From contig CM082595.2 of the NCBI GenBank assembly GCA_040954595.2, positions 5,544,137 to 5,608,136 on the forward strand: a DNA stretch of 64,000 bases, read 5' to 3'. This document shows positions 58,071-64,000 of the stretch, one piece after another. This DNA is from Balanoglossus misakiensis. Its lineage: Eukaryota; Animalia; Hemichordata. Below the pieces are notes generated by a model. The model was not told the DNA's origin. It searched no databases and saw only the letters and a list, made by a program, of their open reading frames with translations. Positions within the stretch are counted from its first letter, which is position 1; every line of letters starts with the position of its first letter. The position numbers were made by a program, and so were the translations under genes.

Positions 58071-60306
58071 TTACTTCCCAGTAGAGCCTGAGGCTGAGCA
58101 ACAGTCAGCTGTAAGACGAGAATCAAAACAACACATCACAGAAAAATCGAACACAAACAATCCCACCAGTGATGTAAAACACGCATCTGAGAATGTAGCA
58201 AAATGTGTTCGACCACAAGGTTCATTGCAATCGGCTTCAAATCAGGCGCCATGATCTTTACCAGTGAGCTGATTCTTGGCCGGCAAGTTCTCGGAAGTAC
58301 GTAGTGTGGCGTGCGCTCAGGAACAGAACAGCCAAGAATCAGCGAAGGTAAAACTCGACCCAACCCTACATCTGATTTCAATCGGGTTGGGTTAATTAGT
58401 GCATGTGACGTGGTCTTATTGGCAAATAACTGGCTCTCTAGATATTATCCAGAAAACCACACTTGGAAGGGGGAGCTCAGACTTACTTTTATACTCGCAG
58501 ATATAACCATGTGGTAAACAGTCACAGTGTACATCATTCCACCCGTTACCCGAACTGGTTACGCTACAAGCGAAGAAAAGAAAGAAAACCATATTATTTG
58601 TAGTCTGCCCGATAACTGGTCACTCTATAGACTCTCTCACAACCCCTCTCGCCGCCCGTGCAGGCTTATGGTCTGATTGCATGTGTTGCAGCTGGTGTCC
58701 CAGTACACTAATAAGGGTGTCTGCCCCACATATTGTTACAGATGGCGTTTGTTTGTGTTTTGTCAGAAATCATACTTGGCCTACTGTCGTTTCGGCGTGG
58801 CATTTACCTCATCACGGTACAGTCTTCACCATCGGGTTCGTGAGTGTCTCCGTCATCCGGTCTACCGGCGAGCCAGTCGGTGTACGAGGGCGCACAGTTG
58901 TCGTTGAGCGACTCATCATCGAAGCGGCTTGTCCATTGAAAGTCGCCCTCGTTGTCAATATCGTCTAAGCCGATGAAGAAACCGCCGTTGGGGGCGCAGG
59001 TACCGTTAAGGTTTCCGATGGCGCTGAACAGTCGCTCGTTGACGTGTTGGTTGGTCACGTGAGCGAGACGCCCGCCTCTATACATGCACACCTCTGCAGC
59101 CATCTCGTAGTAGGTGCCATTCTCGGGCCTGTTCTCGCTTTGTTGGCAGAATATTTCGTAACTTGTACAATCACACCTAGTTTCAGCGGGAGCGGCGGGA
59201 GCTGTTGTAGGCTCTACAATATACATAAAAATAGTCAAACCCCTGTTGGTGGTCACCTCTACATAGTGGCCACTTTGTTACAGTCCCTCTGCAATTCACA
59301 TGTGTGTTAATTTACCTCTATATAAAGGCCACCTGTCTATCAAGGCCAGTTTAGGAAAGTCCCTTGACTGGCCACTATAGACAGGTTCGACTGTATACTA
59401 AACGTTGCAGCTATAGGGCCTTTAAGATTTTCACAGGGTGTGCATTATGACCCCCCCCCCCTTCTCTTTAGGCTCCCGGGGCGGCATTCGACCATATTCG
59501 ACTATATATGATGATGACGATGATGATGATGATCCATGGTTTGCAAAAATGTAGAACACAATGGTAAATCAAGTTGTAAAAATAAACAAATTACATTTTA
59601 CTTACCACACCCCTTTGGGGATCGATTGAAAGGCAATAAGAACAAAATCATAATTACAGTTCACCAGTTTGACAATTCGCAAAACAGCAGGGCAAACCAA
59701 TACACAGCATGACGACAAAATAGCCGTTTAATTTTTAGGGACATTCCCATCATTCGCTCGCACGGGTCGTTGGCTCGACCACAGTCGCAGAAGTGGGTGT
59801 ATCCTCAAAAGATTTTTTTCTGGCGAGGATACATTCAAAGTAACGGTGTTTAGTAGTGTCTTTAATTTAAAGGGAAGGTGTCGCCGCGCCACGTGGGTGT
59901 CTCCCTTGATGAGAATATGTCCTCCCATACCCGAGCAAACCCCACTGCAATCGCCACGACTTACTAGGATCTTCAGTTGCTGTCATGCCCAGTCTACGCT
60001 ATGGTTGGCTGCTTCGTTCATTCTAAGAATTTTCTTATTTGTAGGATTCGTGGATGAATTGTAATGTTCATAAATAAACAAACGCGGCGCGACGACCCCT
60101 TCACTTTAACATTTCAATATTCGCATAGGGGGCTGTGTCTCTTTTTCCACTGAAAAAAAGTTTAACATTGAAAGGTCTTCAGTGAGAGTACCGAGAAAAA
60201 ATAAGACAAATATGATGGATGTACTTACACCACCGCTACCTTCAGGTTGAGCCATCGCCGTGGACACCAAACCGACGAAAAGGACAGAGGCTGCGAGGGT
60301 TGTCAT
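58071..60306 (-). CDS. Secreted single-domain C-type lectin, about 201 aa
   Basis: join(60306-60229,59612-59606,59213-58808,58563-58487,58108-58071). Signal peptide MTTLAASVLFVGLVSTAMA. CTLD motifs: A.EVC..RGGRLA, FFIGLDD..NEGDFQW, YTDW..GRPD, EDCTVM, WNDVHC...GYICE. Confidence 0.88.
59232..59393. mobile_element. pogo/Tc1-like MITE family D inside a lectin intron
   Basis: Near-identical to 37293-37454. Confidence 0.8.
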
Positions 60307-61667
60307 TATTTTAACTGAAATAATACCACACATGACGTGATTTCCCGTTAATGTTTTAATCCACGAAGCATGATGAAGTTATTCATTTTACCAATATTAC
60401 CCGTATGTGTGTACAGTCAGCATTGATAATCGTCGAAAATTGAATATCAAATTCGCCCTAGAATTCATTTGTGAAAAAAAAAACATTGGTCGTTACAAAC
60501 ATTAACCGTACAAACTATATGTTTACAAGAAGATCAATAGAAATTTTAGCATGGTACGGGCAATCCTATCAGAAAGGGTAGTTGATACACAGAAAAAAAT
60601 GCATATACTACATACATGATACTTACCTTGTTTAGTATACTATTCGCTGTTCCAAACGTTAATGCAGTGATTTGAAAACTGTATAGTGCCTTATACGAGC
60701 AGTTCTATCATACTCATTATGCAGTATAACAGCGTCCCATTTTATTGCTTTGCCAGACGCTTTTGCCTTTGAGTAATTTGCATACGTTACTCAGGTTAAG
60801 CCAATAGGAGCACAGCACGTATCGAAAACTTCCTTTTTCATTGGTCCATTCTGCAACGGGCTCATCTTCTTTTCAAAACCACATGTCCCCAAACGTGGCG
60901 AAATGTCGAAGGTATCTGCACAAACAATGACAGTTTTAAGGTGGCATTGCTAGTGACAATATCTAATGTCGAATTCACACAAGAGCTGATATGGACAAAG
61001 ACGAAGATTTTCAGTTTTCAGAGCATCTGTTTTTTCCGTTTCAAATGAGTCTTGACAATGCGAATTACACAAACGATTTTTTGTTGTTGTTGTTGTGAAC
61101 ACTTTTTAGGCAATCCCGGGGAACATCCACATGGACAAACATATGTTCGCATCCAACCATCACCTAATTGATTTTGCTGTTACACAAAGTTGTTGTTCAG
61201 CCTTGCGTTTTACTTTGGGCCACCGTGTTCACCACAATTTGAGGGAGGTCAGGTTTAGTGACACATAAAGAGCCTACGTCGAATCATTTCATGAAACGCC
61301 AATTTTCACATAAAATCTCACAGCCAAGACATGACTAGTATTACTTTTCAGGCGAACTTTAATGCATGTCATACATTGTATTCTTCATATATTACATTCT
61401 CCATATAATGAACCATGGCTGGTTTGGCCAGGAACACTTAATGTCAAATGAAAACCTAACAACTTGAAACACATCTTAACGGTACCACTAAGTAATTACG
61501 GAAATAAATTTAACATTTTCAATACGGTGTCACAGTTGGTGACTTACAAAGACATAAATACATAGAAAAATAAATAGCTCGTATTTATACTTATGCCATG
61601 AAAATCTATTCCGGGTTTCGTTTTCGATGGCAAATTTAAAGAAAAAAATTGGCAAGTATTGATGGCG

Positions 61668-61996
61668 TTGGTCATCAGATATACATGTATTGGTCATCAG
61701 TGATGTACATGTATTGGTCATCAGTGATGTACATGTATTGGTCATCAGTGATGTTCATGTATTGGTCATCAGTGATGTTCATGTATTGGTCATCAGATAT
61801 ACATGTATTGGTCATCAGTGATGTACATGTATTGGTCACCAGTGATGTACATGTATTGGTCACCAGTGATGTACATGTATTGGTCATCAGTGATGTACAT
61901 GTATTGGTCATCAGTGATGTACATGTATTGGTCATCAGTGATGTACATGTATTGGTCACCAGTGATGTACATGTATTGGTCATCAGATGTACATGC
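61668..61996. repeat. 24-bp minisatellite (ATGTATTGGTCATCAGTGATGTAC)n
   Basis: Tandem copies of a 24-bp unit with occasional shorter variants. Explains the MTNTCTSL/YWSSVM ORFs. Confidence 0.95.
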
Positions 61997-62975
61997 AATA
62001 ACAAAAGCACATACTCTGTTCTGAATTCCACTGCGTCAGTGGCAACATAGACCCGAGGTCTAAGGTGGCAATCTCTTCTCAGCGAACATCTGTCGAAATG
62101 TTCATTTTTTGCATATTGTTAATGGTCGAGTGGCCAATGACAGGCTCGGAAATGTCACATGCCAAATGGGAGCAGTTTTATTATTATTGCATTGTACATT
62201 CTCTGTTGTCAGATTTATTCTGTTTTGTGAAAACTCTGTTGATGTTCGTGCAAGGGTCGAGTCTGGTCACTAGTCACTCAGTTGTCTGTTGCATTCCTCT
62301 AAAGGGTACACTGTACAAAACTAGTCTGGCGATAATAATTCCAGTCTGTAAACGCACCTGTCCATCTGTTAACGGAATTCCAACAGGAGACGTACGCTTC
62401 CAAACAAAGTGGTCTGTCTTCAAATTAAACGAGGCATTGCAAAAAGCAGGTGTTGATGAGCGACGGCCATAACTCACCATTGTTTGACGCGTTATGTCAA
62501 AAATGAAAACTCCCCAGGCAGAAGGGCCCATCTGACACATTGAACAATAGTTACTGTAGAGAACGTCGGTGGGGAATTTTACATTCTTGTGGTCGAAAGG
62601 AAAAACCCAGGCAACGGTGTCAGCATAAAGTCTTGGTATGAACACTTCAGTTCTTTGATTAAGGGTGCTACTACCATATGGTGGTGTAGATTTATTATGA
62701 TCGGTAGAAGATGTCATTAAGATCGGCTCTCCCTGAGAAATGACTCTGAAGAAATTGCAACGTAAAAGACTTCCCAAAGTATGGCCATTGACAAGTGTGC
62801 TAACACTATGACGAATGTAAAAGTTTGCCACTTGCAAGTCATGACAACCACCTTCCCTTTAATTAAGTGGACAAAGTTACCCATACAGTTCCTTTAAAAT
62901 TCTTATTTCAGGAACATTCACGTTACATACAGTAGTTCCCCTGCCAAGTTCTATAGCCTTGAACTTGAAGTGAGA

Positions 62976-63974
62976 TTACCTTCTGGGTATGTGTATGAGT
63001 TTTGCGCACTGCTCACACACCCACACGACGCCCTCGCCATGCGCAATTGGAACCAGCCCTCCAAACCGCCGCTCCTCGTCTGCCTTGCCGAGGAATCTGG
63101 CGAGCTCCCGACGCGACAGGAGACTGTCGTCATGCTTGGCGAACTCGGACAGCGATTCCTTGGCGGGCTTGTCCGCCTCCCTCGCCAAGTCCGGAAAGCT
63201 GTCGCCGAAATCCTCCAGGAAGGAGGTCAAAAGGTTCCCAGCGAACGACGAGACGCCAGTGACAGCGAACGCTCCCGCCGCCACTGGGGTAGGCCCGGCC
63301 ACAGCTTCGACCCCTTTGAACTGGCCGATGAATTTCAGCACCCTGCACACGTATGAACCGTATTTCTTGACAAATTGGTTCAGTCTGTTTATTCTGTAAC
63401 CAGGCGTACCGAGGAAGTGGTAGTTGCCTGGACTTTCACAGAGCAAGTGGACAGCAAAGCCGTCCCTTATGCGCGAGAACACCTTGAAACTGAACCTCTC
63501 CATTCCAGAATAACTTCCTTCATTGACCGGTAACACGAGGAACAGTTTGGGGCATTCCCTGTTATCAAGGGTTCTATGTATTGTATCAACAAGGGCTTGC
63601 ACTTTCAAGGATTCGTCGTGACCAGAGGACAGATAGTCATGCCACTTATCAAAGCGATGGCTCTGATACAAGGAGCAGTGAAGGTCCTTTTCGAGTCTGC
63701 CTGGGTTGGTCTCGCCTTTCTCGATGCACTTGGGGCAAGGAATGTACGTGGACATCGAAAGTCCTCGAAATTCTGCTTTCTGCCAAACGTCATTTATCAG
63801 ATGGGCCAACTGCTCCAGGGCACAGCAGGGCTGTTCTCCCCTAACAGTGACCAGAAGGCTGTTACTGTGGTACAGCAGTTCAAACCGGATGTGATGCAGC
63901 GTGTCGGGACCCTCTCGCGAGATCTCGCGGCATTTCCCACAGTGCTTCACGGCTTGCTCCGAAAGGTACACTAT
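62976..63974 (-). CDS. Last exon of a probable ROCO-family (LRR-Roc-COR, MFHAS1/TORNADO1-like C-terminus) protein; gene extends past the right edge
   Basis: Acceptor CTAATCAG at 63975 and a 333-codon open frame to TAA. It has a COR-like end (LVTVRG...EFRGL..YIPCPKC), then CPKLFLVLP, AVHLLCESPGNYHF..PGYRI, RRELARFL..D...FGGL...GVVWVCEQC, a C-terminal module I recall from invertebrate ROCO and plant TORNADO1 proteins. Confidence 0.7.
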   Translation of the reverse strand: MVYLSEQAVKHCGKCREISREGPDTLHHIRFELLYHSNSLLVTVRGEQPCCALEQLAHLINDVWQKAEFRGLSMSTYIPCPKCIEKGETNPGRLEKDLHCSLYQSHRFDKWHDYLSSGHDESLKVQALVDTIHRTLDNRECPKLFLVLPVNEGSYSGMERFSFKVFSRIRDGFAVHLLCESPGNYHFLGTPGYRINRLNQFVKKYGSYVCRVLKFIGQFKGVEAVAGPTPVAAGAFAVTGVSSFAGNLLTSFLEDFGDSFPDLAREADKPAKESLSEFAKHDDSLLSRRELARFLGKADEERRFGGLVPIAHGEGVVWVCEQCAKLIHIPRR

Positions 63975-64000
63975 CTGATTAGCATAATATATGGGGCGAC

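Noticed and set aside
61530-62050. Repeat array with ORFs (MTNTCTSL)n, superficially CRISPR-like
   Set aside because: Contiguous 24-bp tandem units with no unique spacers and no cas genes, in a eukaryotic context: a minisatellite.
62274-62837. 187-aa minus-strand ORF
   Set aside because: No recognisable domain, non-ATG start, and it lies in the probable 3'UTR of the ROCO-like gene.

Overview
Eukaryotic, intron-rich, AT-rich animal genomic DNA. Gene content and repeat style suggest an invertebrate deuterostome such as an acorn worm (inference). Genes, left to right: the 5' end of rootletin/CROCC (minus strand, runs off the left edge); a complete 7-exon PEX2 (plus); a complete 5-coding-exon WFDC1 (minus, convergent with PEX2); an intronless BTB-BTB-BACK-Kelch gene and an adjacent intronless BTB-BTB-only gene (both minus); a secreted C-type lectin that seems to need a 7-nt micro-exon (minus); and the last exon of a probable ROCO-type gene (minus, runs off the right edge). 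Many short non-autonomous DNA transposons are present (TTAA-flanked Kolobok-like, TA-flanked pogo-like, 9-bp-TSD Academ-like, 20-27-bp P-like hairpins), along with micro- and minisatellites. The most interesting unexplained structure is a set of phase-compatible, ATG-bearing minus-strand exons spread over about 35 kb upstream of CROCC. Several lie antisense inside PEX2 introns and near RFX X-box motifs, some of which are carried by a MITE, suggesting a multi-promoter rootletin with variable N-termini interleaved with PEX2. No prokaryotic features (CRISPR, operons) and no rRNA or tRNA were recognised. All exon calls are manual and homologies are recognised from memory, not from database searches.
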